A stretch of 64,000 nucleotides of DNA. Origin: Octopus bimaculoides. Lineage: Eukaryota. Under the pieces are notes generated by a model, which was given only the letters and a program-made list of their open reading frames with translations, ran no database searches and was not told the DNA's origin. The first letter of the stretch is position 1. Every line of letters begins with the position of its first letter. The position numbers and the translations under genes were made by a program. Location of the stretch: NCBI RefSeq assembly GCF_001194135.2, contig NC_068999.1, positions 45,608,255-45,672,254 on the forward strand. The letters are read 5' to 3'. Below are positions 40,621 to 53,592 of the stretch, in pieces.

Positions 40621-41313
40621 NNNNNNNNNNNNNNNNNNNNNNNNNNNNNNNNNNNNNNNNNNNNNNNNNNNNNNNNNNNNNNNNNNNNNNNNNNNNNNNN
40701 NNNNNNNNNNNNNNNNNNNNNNNNNNNNNNNNNNNNNNNNNNNNNNNNNNNNNNNNNNNNNNNNNNNNNNNNNNNNNNNNNNNNNNNNNNNNNNNNNNNN
40801 NNNNNNNNNNNNNNNNNNNNNNNNNNNNNNNNNNNNNNNNNNNNNNNNNNNNNNNNNNNNNNNNNNNNNNNNNNNNNNNNNNNNNNNNNNNNNNNNNNNN
40901 NNNNNNNNNNNNNNNNNNNNNNNNNNNNNNNNNNNNNNNNNNNNNNNNNNNNNNNNNNNNNNNNNNNNNNNNNNNNNNNNNNNNNNNNNNNNNNNNNNNN
41001 NNNNNNNNNNNNNNNNNNNNNNNNNNNNNNNNNNNNNNNNNNNNNNNNNNNNNNNNNNNNNNNNNNNNNNNNNNNNNNNNNNNNNNNNNNNNNNNNNNNN
41101 NNNNNNNNNNNNNNNNNNNNNNNNNNNNNNNNNNNNNNNNNNNNNNNNNNNNNNNNNNNNNNNNNNNNNNNNNNNNNNNNNNNNNNNNNNNNNNNNNNNN
41201 NNNNNNNNNNNNNNNNNNNNNNNNNNNNNNNNNNNNNNNNNNNNNNNNNNNNNNNNNNNNNNNNNNNNNNNNNNNNNNNNNNNNNNNNNNNNNNNNNNNN
41301 NNNNNNNNNNNNN

Positions 41314-41345
<32 letters not shown>

Positions 41346-41701
41346 TATATATAGATAGATAGATGTGTGTGTGTGTGTGTGTGCAGTTACAAATGCATGC
41401 ACATATGCTAATACATATATTTATACACACCTGTGTCCATACATATACACATACACATACATGCACATGAAATACACCTTTGTGGCTGAATATACATTAT
41501 ATATAGCTTGTATACTTACATACACACACACACACACACACACGTTCTCTCTCTCTCTCTCTCTTTCTCTCCCTTTCTCTCTCCCCCTCTCTCCCACATG
41601 TTTGCTTAACAAACAGACAGCCCTCGCCTCTCACATGCTTTACATACATTTACATCTATATATATTCAAGATATCGTTCTTCCATATAATGTATTATATA
41701 G

Positions 41702-41739
<38 letters not shown>

Positions 41740-41879
41740 ATATGTCGAGAGTGCACATATGTAAATGTGCCTCGGGTTTTATAGTTTGGGGTTGTGGCGA
41801 CGGAGGTGGTGGGGGACGAGAGGACATGGTGATAGGTTTATAAAGTCTGTATAACTTGGATTTGTACAATTCACTGATC

Positions 41880-42042
41880 AAAGGCAAATGTATACATATG
41901 CACTAACACACATACACACACACACACATACATATATGCACATGTGCATATAAATACTTGTGCATACATCGTCATTTGTATGCACATTTATTCTAACATA
42001 TTAGCTAGGACAGGTGATAGTGAATATGTGTATATATGTGTA

Positions 42043-42116
<74 letters not shown>

Positions 42117-42371
42117 CATATACATATATAAAAATATATTTTTTTATATATATACATGGTGTATATATGTGCATGTGCATTTGCATGTGTATATCTATAC
42201 ATATATATATATATATATATGTATGTGTATGTATGTGTATACATACATATATATGTGTGTGTGTGTGGATATGTATATATATGTATATGTGTATGTGTGT
42301 GTATACACATACATGTACACACATATATGCATATACATAGATATAGATATACACATATACACATACATATA

Positions 42372-42445
<74 letters not shown>

Positions 42446-43165
42446 GATATAAATATATGCATACATACAAATATATATATATATANNNNNNNNNNNNNNN
42501 NNNNNNNNNNNNNNNNNNNNNNNNNNNNNNNNNNNNNNNNNNNNNNNNNNNNNNNNNNNNNNNNNNNNNNNNNNNNNNNNNNNNNNNNNNNNNNNNNNNN
42601 NNNNNNNNNNNNNNNNNNNNNNNNNNNNNNNNNNNNNNNNNNNNNNNNNNNNNNNNNNNNNNNNNNNNNNNNNNNNNNNNNNNNNNNNNNNNNNNNNNNN
42701 NNNNNNNNNNNNNNNNNNNNNNNNNNNNNNNNNNNNNNNNNNNNNNNNNNNNNNNNNNNNNNNNNNNNNNNNNNNNNNNNNNNNNNNNNNNNNNNNNNNN
42801 NNNNNNNNNNNNNNNNNNNNNNNNNNNNNNNNNNNNNNNNNNNNNNNNNNNNNNNNNNNNNNNNNNNNNNNNNNNNNNNNNNNNNNNNNNNNNNNNNNNN
42901 NNNNNNNNNNNNNNNNNNNNNNNNNNNNNNNNNNNNNNNNNNNNNNNNNNNNNNNNNNNNNNNNNNNNNNNNNNNNNNNNNNNNNNNNNNNNNNNNNNNN
43001 NNNNNNNNNNNNNNNNNNNNNNNNNNNNNNNNNNNNNNNNNNNNNNNNNNNNNNNNNNNNNNNNNNNNNNNNNNNNNNNNNNNNNNNNNNNNNNNNNNNN
43101 NNNNNNNNNNNATATATATATATATACACACACACACACATGTGTATGTGTGTGCAAGTGTACAT
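41880..43165. repeat. (TA)n/(TG)n array spanning an assembly gap
   Basis: Direct observation. N-run at 42486-43110. Confidence 0.93.
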
Positions 43166-43466
43166 ATGTATTTCTTGATATTATTTCTCTGTGATGTAGG
43201 TAGCAGAGGCGTATGTATATGTGTTTTTCTGAATACACACATATGCTCCATGTGTAGAACTCAAAGAGAAAAGCTGCATAAAGATCCACGCATAACATAC
43301 TTTCTATTCCCTGAATGCTTGCAATTCTAAAACGGTGTCTTTCTTCCACAAATATACACAGGCAGGTAGATACGGAAGAAACATCACATGATCCGTGTGT
43401 CTCTATTGTCTTCTTGACGCTGCGGTCTTGAAGTTGAATGCAAATATCTCTCTCTCTATCTATCTG

Positions 43467-43503
<37 letters not shown>

Positions 43504-43849
43504 TTATCTACCTCTCTTTCATTCTTTCCATATTCCTGGAAAATGTCTTCATTACAAGTTGATTCAGTAAATCCATCACAGTGTTTGTTTCGGTGGCTGT
43601 TGACTAATTTGAGCAAATTTGGAAGTCCAGGGCAAGAACTATTATTGACTGATTTTGCGAGTCTGGGATTGGAGCAATTCCAGTGGATATTTAAAGCTTG
43701 CTGCATGGTGTTGGTGTGGTTGTGTGGTTGAGGGGCTTGCTTTGAATCTGCATGGCTTGGGGGGCAGTCCCATTGTGTAGCACCTTGCCCCACGTTCATC
43801 AATGCCTTGTGAGTAGACTTGGTCAATGGAAACTATGTCGAAGCTCATC

Positions 43850-43886
<37 letters not shown>

Positions 43887-43940
43887 CATTTACTCTTTTT
43901 ACATGTATAAAAATAAAAAGACTAATGAAATTAACATACA

Positions 43941-44163
43941 AGTGTACCCTTAACGTAGTTCTCAGGGAGATTCAACATGATACAGAGTGTGACAAGGCTG
44001 CCCCATTGAATTACAGGTACTACTCACTTTTGCCAGCTGAGTGGACTGAAGCAACGTGAAAAAAAGTGTCTTGCTCAACAACACAAAGTGTTGCTGGGAA
44101 TTGAACTCATGATCTTTCAATCATGAGCTGAATACCCCTAAATACTAAGCCATGCGCCTTCAC
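43941..44163 (-). mobile_element. SINE, head A + partial tail A
   Basis: Reverse complement of 6596-6815. Confidence 0.87.
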
Positions 44164-44169
44164 TATCAA

Positions 44170-44365
44170 ACTTAATGCTTTTTTCATTCACATTGTTTTT
44201 TTAATTATTCCTGCATTATTTCGTAGCTTCAAAATTTTGATGATGTGATTGTTATATTTTTCGTATAACATTGAAGGGTAGGTGAGATAGGTTGGATCTG
44301 GCTGGCTAGAACATAAAACATGTGGCAGATTTCGGCCAGATATGGCCAGTTTAAATGTTAATGGG
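44170..44365 (+). mobile_element. piggyBac-like MITE (left end lost)
   Basis: Homologous to 8905-9110. Ends ..tttaaatgttaatggg|TTAA (44366-44369). Confidence 0.55.
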
Positions 44366-44886
44366 TTAATAGAATAGGCATAAAAGCAAAGCTATTTCTT
44401 AGTGTTAGTATATCTCTGACAGACATCCAATTATGGCCGCTCTGCTAGAAAAATAATGCTTCTCAGATGAGTAAACTGAATGAGGCATTTAGTAGGTCTC
44501 TTATGCATTAACTGACATGGCTCTGCAACTGGTGACATTTCTTTCCACACACACATCCTACATATACACACTCAATTGTTTCCTTTCTGTTTCCATCTAC
44601 CATATTTACTCACAAGGTAGATGTTATGGTAAAAGACGCTTGTACCTGATGCCATCTGGTGGGAATTGAACTTTTCAACCCTGTAACCATTCCTTATATA
44701 TAACATATAACCAGAAAGGAATATTAATTTTTTTTAGGTCATTCGATATTTTTCTCAATTGGTCAATTGACCGATTGCGTAAACCTATCAGTAACGTACT
44801 TATAATGATTACTGGAAACAGCTGTAAGCCATTTTTGCCCCGATAAAGGAAAAATATGTAATGACCATTATCTATAACTTGTCTGT

Positions 44887-45268
44887 GGAGGTGCAATGGC
44901 CCAGTGGTTAGGGCAGCGGACTCGCGGTCATAGGATCGCGGTTTCGATTCCCAGACCGGGCGTTGTGAGTGTTTATTGAGTGAAAACACCTAAAGCTCCA
45001 TGAGGCTCCGGCAGGGAATGGTGGCGAACCCTGCTGTACTCTTTCACCACAACTTTCTCTCACTCTTACTTCCTGTTTCTGTTGTGCCTGTAATTCAAAG
45101 GGTCAGCCTTGTCACACTGTGTCATGCTGAATATCCCCAAGAACTACATTAAGGGTACACGTGTCTGTGGAGTGCTCAGCCACTTGCACATTAATTTCAC
45201 GAGCAGGCTGTTCCGTTGATCGGATCAACTGGAACCCTCGACGTCGTAAGCGACGGAGTGCCAACAAC
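44887..45268 (+). mobile_element. SINE, head B + tail A
   Basis: The 5' 200 bp match 34203-34464 (-). The 3' 180 bp match the tail of 6596-6915. Confidence 0.9.
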
Positions 45269-45832
45269 ATATATGACACAGAAATATGCCTGGGACGAGG
45301 GTTGCCTGGGACGAGGGTTGCCTGGGACAACCTGAACAGATACTGATAAATGGTGGATGCAGCAATCTGATATGAACTGTGTGATGTTGCTTTTGTTCCA
45401 TGCTGCTTACTCCTAGCATGTCTTGAAGCATCACCAATGAGGCAGGACTGATAAGAATCAGTCATTTCTCTCCTCTCCCCTCTCTCTCTCTCTCTCTCAC
45501 TCACTCACTAACTTTACAGACCTTGGAAATTGTTTCTGTTACTGTTGCTTCCCTAAAGTATCGGTTTTGATTGGAATAACAGAGAAAATGTTTCAAAGAA
45601 TTTTCACTCTTTTTAAATATTAACAAAGAACCAGAGGGAAAAAAAAAAAAAATGAAGAAATTTTGAATGACTTTTCTTCAGAAAGAGGAGAAAGATGGAA
45701 AAATTAGTGGAGAGGAATATATAGTTTTTGCAATGGAATTACGGTTATTTAAGAATTGAATTAAATCACTACAGGGAGTAAAGATCCTAAATAAATGTTA
45801 CCAGATGTTGAATAATAATAATAATAATAATA

Positions 45833-45883
<51 letters not shown>

Positions 45884-45910
45884 TATTATTATTATTATTT
45901 ATTATTATTA

Positions 45911-45947
<37 letters not shown>

Positions 45948-46104
45948 CATCATTATATTCAGGGACCTTTTGAGTGGGATGGGCTACTCAACCTGTAGAA
46001 AATTCTAACTGGGCCCCACCTGCAATGTCATGCGCTGTTTATCTTGATGTGAGATCACCATGTCACGCTCATATGGTTGTGATGCATGTGCCTGGTGTAC
46101 CCGC

Positions 46105-46330
46105 TCTCAAAAATTAAGTAAAAAAACAGGAAAAATAATCCAGAATCTTTGTCTGGTACTGGATCAATCCCAAAATCTAATCAGTTTGTGCCAGTCATGA
46201 GGCCAAACATCCCTGAAAGTTTCATCCGAATCCATCCAGTGGTTCTTGAGATATATTGTCTATGGACAAACAAACTAACAAACACAACTGAAAACAATAC
46301 CTCCACCTTCGCTATGGTGGAGGTAATAAT
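46105..46330 (+). mobile_element. Probable non-autonomous Helitron/Helentron-type element
   Basis: aaagtttcatccgaatccatccagtggttcttgagat, a short (ACAA)n, then a terminal 9-bp hairpin ACCTCCACC-ttcgctat-GGTGGAGGT (46299-46324). Confidence 0.55.
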
Positions 46331-46513
46331 GATTTCAAATTTTAGCACAAGGTCAAAAATTTCAATAAGTTGATGACCTTGGTATGCAACTGGTACTTAT
46401 TTTATCAACCCTGAAAAGATGAAAGGCAAAGTTGAACTCAGAACATGAAACCAAACAAAATACTGCAAAACATTTTGCCTGACGTGATAACAATTCTCTC
46501 AGCTTGCTACCTT
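46331..46513 (-). mobile_element. Head-E SINE, decayed, in an (ATT)n context
   Basis: Reverse complement of the 24223-24440 type copy. Confidence 0.75.
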
Positions 46514-46520
46514 AATAATG

Positions 46521-46565
<45 letters not shown>

Positions 46566-47094
46566 TGCATGTGTATGAATATATGTATTTTCATTTATAT
46601 ATTCATTTGTTCCTTTTTACATGTTTTTTTCATGCTTGCATGGGTGGGATGAATACGTTATTTGAGGCAATGTTTTACAACCAGATGCAAACACTTTATT
46701 TCCAAGTAAAAGAACCTCTTACTCCCAACAGATTCCAAGGTGCCAAAAAACCAGACAATTTGCTGACAGGAACAACTGTTGTCAGTACCCACCACATTTT
46801 CATAGAAGTGATTGCAGGTGTAACCGAACACCCACCCACACATGCACACATACACACATAATACATACATACATACGCACACTCAATGGTCTCCTTTCTG
46901 TTTCCATCTACCATATTCACTCACAAGGATTTAGTCAGCCCAGTGATATGGCAGGCAGAAGATACTTGGTGGGATTGAAGCCAGAAGCCTGTAGTTACAA
47001 ACTGAACTTTTTGATCACATAGCCATTTCTGTGCCTTTTATATAACACACACACATATATAAAACACAGAGGCTTAATTACAAATGATTATATA

Positions 47095-47140
<46 letters not shown>

Positions 47141-47250
47141 ATATGATATATATATATATAATATAGGCATATATATATATTTAATATATATATTGACATT
47201 ATCAATGTTTGTAAATATGCACATCTACATATATTTACAATATCTGTGTG

Positions 47251-47282
<32 letters not shown>

Positions 47283-49773
47283 TATATATATATATAACTT
47301 TCTGTGTATGTATGAACTCACACATACTCGTATGTATGTATGTTTGTATGATGTTTATTTATATATATGTATNNNNNNNNNNNNNNNNNNNNNNNNNNNN
47401 NNNNNNNNNNNNNNNNNNNNNNNNNNNNNNNNNNNNNNNNNNNNNNNNNNNNNNNNNNNNNNNNNNNNNNNNNNNNNNNNNNNNNNNNNNNNNNNNNNNN
47501 NNNNNNNNNNNNNNNNNNNNNNNNNNNNNNNNNNNNNNNNNNCACACATATACATAAAAGTATAAATATATATTATTTTTCTTCTTTTCATCGGTGAATA
47601 TCTAAATACCATTTGCATACAAATTCTTCACACATATTGCATTGCTCGGCCACAGATGTGTTCATCTAATTATGTAGCAACAGTGTACTGACGCTATTAA
47701 AATATTTATTCTCAGAATTTTAATCCAACCTCACCTCCCAAAACCCCACGATCAGTTTTCTCTCTTTGTATCCTAAGAACAGCGATTTCTGTCAGTCGGA
47801 GAAAAGGTGTCATTTATCAATTTTAATGGTTATTTCAGTGTGAGAAAACCGAGTGAACGAGCAAAGCACGTTTCCAAAGTAAAGACCAAAAACAGACCAA
47901 GTTGATGAAAGTCACAGAATTTTCCATTCCTGAAAAAAATAAATGTAAAAATCTGGCTATTCTTGGCTTGCAACTGACAGCTAGCAATCTTTTATAAGAT
48001 TGGAATGATTTTTATATATCATTTGCTCTACTTACTGTCTATCAACTGAACTACACGTATATGTGTGTTTATATATATGTGTATGTATATGTGTGTATAT
48101 GTGTGTATATATGCATGTACACCATACATGCAAATGCACACACACAGATATGTGTGTGTGTGTAATCAGATAATTAGCTACCTAAAATTTTCAATGTGAA
48201 TGTGATATTAGACAGCAAAGAATAACAGGACATGGGGGTTTTGTTTCTCTTTCTTCCACAAATTGGCTCATATTATGGTCTATTATCACACACATACACA
48301 CACACACATACACACACACACACACATGCACACACTATCTCTCTCTCTCTCACATACACAGAAACATATTACATGTGTATGTGTGTGTGTGCGTGCGTGT
48401 ATTCTCGTCTGACCTATACAAGGAAGAAAACGTAGTCATTAAAGTGATGATGTATGCGTGAGTGTGTGTGTATACATACACACACACACTCACACACACA
48501 AGCACACACACACACACACACACACACTCACATTAAGCACATCAAAATCTGCAGATACTAGCGCTCAACATAATACATTCCATTAAACTGAGAAAAATTC
48601 ACATGTAAAATGCATAGCCATGTACAATGGTTCACATACAGCAGAATTGGCTATAATGAATAAACAGACCAAAACATATTTCAAACAACAGCAAAAAACA
48701 ATGTCAGTGATATTTTCAAAATATTCATCTCCCCTACAGCTGTTTCAATTACTCTTACATAACATTGCAGCAACAATTAGAATTATGTAATTGTAATTAT
48801 AGAAGGCTCACATCATCAGGGATATTATGAATTTGAAGTTAAATATAATATATGTATGTATATATACGTGTATGTATGTATATNNNNNNNNNNNNNNNNN
48901 NNNNNNNNNNNNNNNNNNNNNNNNNNNNNNNNNNNNNNNNNNNNNNNNNNNNNNNNNNNNNNNNNNNNNNNNNNNNNNNNNNNNNNNNNNNNNNNNNNNN
49001 NNNNNNNNNNNNNNNNNNNNNNNNNNNNNNNNNNNNNNNNNNNNNNNNNNNNNNNNNNNNNNNNNNNNNNNNNNNNNNNNNNNNNNNNNNNNNNNNNNNN
49101 NNNNNNNNNNNNNNNNNNNNNNNNNNNNNNNNNNNNNNNNNNNNNNNNNNNNNNNNNNNNNNNNNNNNNNNNNNNNNNNNNNNNNNNNNNNNNNNNNNNN
49201 NNNNNNNNNNNNNNNNNNNNNNNNNNNNNNNNNNNNNNNNNNNNNNNNNNNNNNNNNNNNNNNNNNNNNNNNNNNNNNNNNNNNNNNNNNNNNNNNNNNN
49301 NNNNNNNNNNNNNNNNNNNNNNNNNNNNNNNNNNNNNNNNNNNNNNNNNNNNNNNNNNNNNNNNNNNNNNNNNNNNNNNNNNNNNNNNNNNNNNAAAGAA
49401 TGTGTACATGTCTGTTACGTGATGGGTTTGTTTGCCACATGAGTCGTGGATGTATAATACTGTAATCTATGCCTGAGAAATAAACCAGTGTGTATACATG
49501 TATATGTTTGCATGTGTGTGTGTGTATGTGTGTGTATGTATGTATATATACATATGTGTAAGTATATGTATGTGCGTGTATATATATATCTGTGTGTGTG
49601 TGTGTGTATGTATATATGCATACTTATATGTCTGTGTGTATATATGTGTGTGTATGTATATATACGTGTATGTATGTATATGTATGTACTATGTATATTC
49701 ATGTGTATATATATGTATATATATATATATATATTGTATGTATGCATGTATGTATGTATGCATACTTATATGC

Positions 49774-49860
<87 letters not shown>

Positions 49861-50969
49861 AAGCACTCCTTTATATTGAAGCTAAATGCCATCGGTAAAA
49901 GACCAACTGCTATTATATATAGTGCCCCACTGCTATGCTTTCCTGCTTTGCATGTTAAACCATACCAACATACACGCACACATTCATAGATACAGAATGT
50001 ATTCAGAAACACACGCTGTTCCTAGCAACAGTTTCAAGCCATATTATATAACTGACACTTGAGTTCCACAACAAATTCCTGTCTACCATTTTTCCACTGA
50101 CTGGCTCCGCCCCCACCCCTGAGTGCTGAATGTAATTTCTAATTTCATCCTTTGCCAAACAATAACTACACACCACTAATTATGCCTACATTTGGCTGGT
50201 AAAATTGTTTTTCACATGTAAATATTCCTAAATTGGTTTATGATTGGTTCTGTTGCTCTGTGTGTGTGTGCCTTATAATTATGAAGAGATAATTTGATTT
50301 CTGAGTAAAAGAATATGAAGCATTTGAAAAAAGAGGGAGAAGAAAAAAAAAGCGGAGGAAGAGGAGGGGGAGGAGGAGAAAGAAGATGAAGATGAAGGAG
50401 AAGAATTTTCAGTTAGAAATGTTTCTTTCGAGTTTGTGTGTTTGTGCATATGTACATATCAGTGTGTGTGTGTGTGTGTTTTTGTATGGGTGTGTGTGTT
50501 TGTGAAGCTTTTTCTACATGCCCTTACATACATAAATACAAGCACATATGAATGTATATGTATGGATATACTCATATATACGCACACATATGCATATATA
50601 TATATATATATACACACACACATCCATATAGACACACACTTGTATATACATGCATACATACATATATATAAACAAATTTATCCATCTACCCATCCATAAA
50701 TACATACATACATGACTCGATACATATGTTTATACATCCTGGAATACATCAATTCATCTATCTGTAAATACATCAGTGCCTCCGTACAGAGATCCATACA
50801 TATGTACATACTTCCATACATACAAACACACACATTTCCCTTAAAAGGCATGTCTCTTGGTTTAAGATGTTATGAGCTATAAATGAGTCACCATGCCTTT
50901 TGGAAACTTGCTTAGAAATCAGTTCCCTGCCTGCTTTCTGCTGTTTGGTGTACAAGACTTCCAGACCTT

Positions 50970-51075
50970 GGAAGGAAGAGATGAAAGGCAAAGTCGACCT
51001 CAGCAAAATTTGAACAGATGAAATACCGCTAAGCATTTTGCCTGGCACACTAAGCTTTCTGTCAGCTTGCCGCCT
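50970..51075 (-). mobile_element. Head-E SINE 5' fragment
   Basis: The reverse complement reads aaggcggcaagctgacagaaagcttagtgtgccaggcaaaatgcttagcgg..gaggtcgactttgcctttcatc. Confidence 0.8.
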
Positions 51076-52016
51076 TATACTCAGGATGACATTACCTGAT
51101 GTATCATTCATTTCTTTATTTAAAGCAGTAGCATCTAATTTGAGGTAAATTTAGCTACTATTTCGTTCAGGTTAGGTCCTTGTAAGGCCTGTTAGTATAT
51201 TGTGCAGTTATAAATTATGACTATACAGTTATATTATATCTGTAAATAATTACTAATTCTTAGTTTAGCTGATTTAGTTAAAGAATTGCTTTCATCATAT
51301 GGAGCTTAATTTCTGCCAAAAGAATGTCTAGAGACCATAATCAGACATAACGGTCTGTTTAGAGAGCATTAATAGAGATTAAAATGAGGAATTGTGGTAC
51401 AAGGAAATTCCCAAAGTGATACAATATTGGTGTTAATGGTAGTGATGTCTTCTTGTATTGGTGCCAAACCACAAATTTATAGGTAAAAGAGACAATTAAT
51501 TAAATCAGTTGATTTAATTTTGGTGTAGACACAAGTATGACCAAGTGGTTAAAGAGTTCACTTTATGAGCATAAGGTCTTGGGTTCAATTCAGTTGTGGG
51601 GCTTCTTGGCTAATCATTTCATTTGAAGAATTTCTTTTCTTTCTCATTCATACTCTTTTGGTTTATGTACTCTACATGCGTGTAATGTGTACTTTGTATA
51701 CAAGGTGTACTCTATACTATATATATAATGCATGGTATAAGGTGTACTCTATTATATATATGATGTGTGATCTAAGATGAACTCTGTATTAAACAGGTAA
51801 AAAATAAGACAAGGTGTGCTCTGTATTATATATACGACAGGTAATGTAAAGTGAACTCTGTATGAAATATGTGACGTCTAATATGAGTGACAGGGGCACT
51901 ATGTGTAATTTGAGTAATAGATTTGGCTGCTAATTTTTGCAGGCTGAGCAATCATGTAGAGGTTCCCTCCTTGGCTCAACGATAATGATGTTGCTAGTGA
52001 TGTACTATATTTTAAT

Positions 52017-52169
52017 GTATATAAGGAAACCACTAATTTGGGCGGGGGAGGGGGGGGCTTAACATTTGGAAAAAAATGGTTTTGTAAGGGATTATGATAC
52101 TATCCATGTATAAGAAACTCCCAATTTTTTTTTAACCTAATTTTTGACAACAAAGGGTTCCTTATACAC
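52017..52169. mobile_element. Possible short MITE with 15-bp TIRs
   Basis: gtatataaggaaacc ... gggttccttatacac (13/15 complementary). Confidence 0.4.
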
Positions 52170-52189
52170 ATTAAAAATGGTAAGTGATT

Positions 52190-52633
52190 GCGATGTTGCT
52201 GCTGTTGTTGATGATGATGACGATGATGATGACGACGATGGTGATGACGATGACGATGATGATGACGGTGTGGTAATGGTAATGATGGTAGTAGTGATGA
52301 TGATGATGTTGATGACAATGACGATGATGATGATGACGGTGTGGTAATGTTAATGAAGGTGATAGTGATGATGATGATGATGATGATGATAATGATGATG
52401 ATGACGGTGTGGTAATGTTAATGAAGGTGATAGTGATGATGATGATGATGATGACAATAATGACAGTGTGGTAATGGTAATGGTGGTGATAGTGATGATG
52501 ATGATGATGATGATGATGACGGTGTGGTAATGTTAATGAAGATGGTAGTGATGATAATGAAGGTGGTAGTGATGATAATGATGATGATGATGATGATGAC
52601 GATGACAATGATGTTAGTGTGGTGATGATGATA

Positions 52634-52677
<44 letters not shown>

Positions 52678-52680
52678 AAA
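52190..52680. repeat. (GAT)n array with higher-order unit gacggtgtggtaatgttaatgaaggtgatagt
   Basis: The unit recurs about 5 times between 52262 and 52560. Confidence 0.9.
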
Positions 52681-53592
52681 GGTGATTATATTTTGTGTTA
52701 ATTCAAACATTTTGTTTTTGGTTTTATAATTTCGGATGGAACCTCCAGAGAATTTATTACACAAAGACATTTTGTTGATGAGTCAGAAATTTTTGTTGGT
52801 TATGGTATTATTGATGACAACGATGACGGTGAAGAAGGCGGCAGGGGAGGATGGGGAGGAAGTGAAAGCTGCTGCTGCTGCTTCTGTGGCGGCGATGGCA
52901 GCAGTGGCAGTGGCAGGGGTGGTGGTGGCAGTTGTATAAAATTACGTTCTCAAATTCTAAAACATAATATAATATTGATAGTCTTTGTTGAATGACAGTC
53001 AGTTTCAATAAATTATTATTGATGTAATCTTATATCGGAGGCAGAGGCGGCGACACTGGCAGTGGGGTGGCAGAAGTGGTGGTGGTGGTGGTGACTGATG
53101 AGAGTGGTTTTGGTTGTTTGGGCCCCGGGTGGGCCCTGATCCAGTAAAACGAGTAAAAAGAGAAGCCATTCCAGCCATGACTATCTCATCTATTCTGTTT
53201 CTCATCAACAGTGACTGTTAGAATATGTTATCTAGCATATCCAATTTTTTTTTCTTTTTTTTTTTTACAAGAATAACATATGATTTGAGGAAGATTTGGC
53301 TACCGTTTCTTGCAAGAACAAACAACAACAAAGAGGCTCCTTCTTCATTGGCTGTTGTTGTTATTGTGGAGCCCTAGGTCAGCCATCATTGAGTGGTCTT
53401 TGTAGTACAGAGATAGTTCTCCCAATAACAAGGTGCAACTCTTATTCAAACCTGTTGTTGTTTCATCAAAGCTGGTACAGGATCATCAGGTGTTAATTAC
53501 ATATATGCATATACCTACACATATACACACGTACACACACACACATATATATGCACACATTATAATGGAATAGTTACTATGAAGATTTGTGT

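Noticed and set aside
45288-45328. 16-bp tandem repeat gcctgggacgagggtt x2.6 (similar small duplications at 25370-25420 and 63424-63480)
   Set aside because: These are ordinary local slippage duplications with no further structure.
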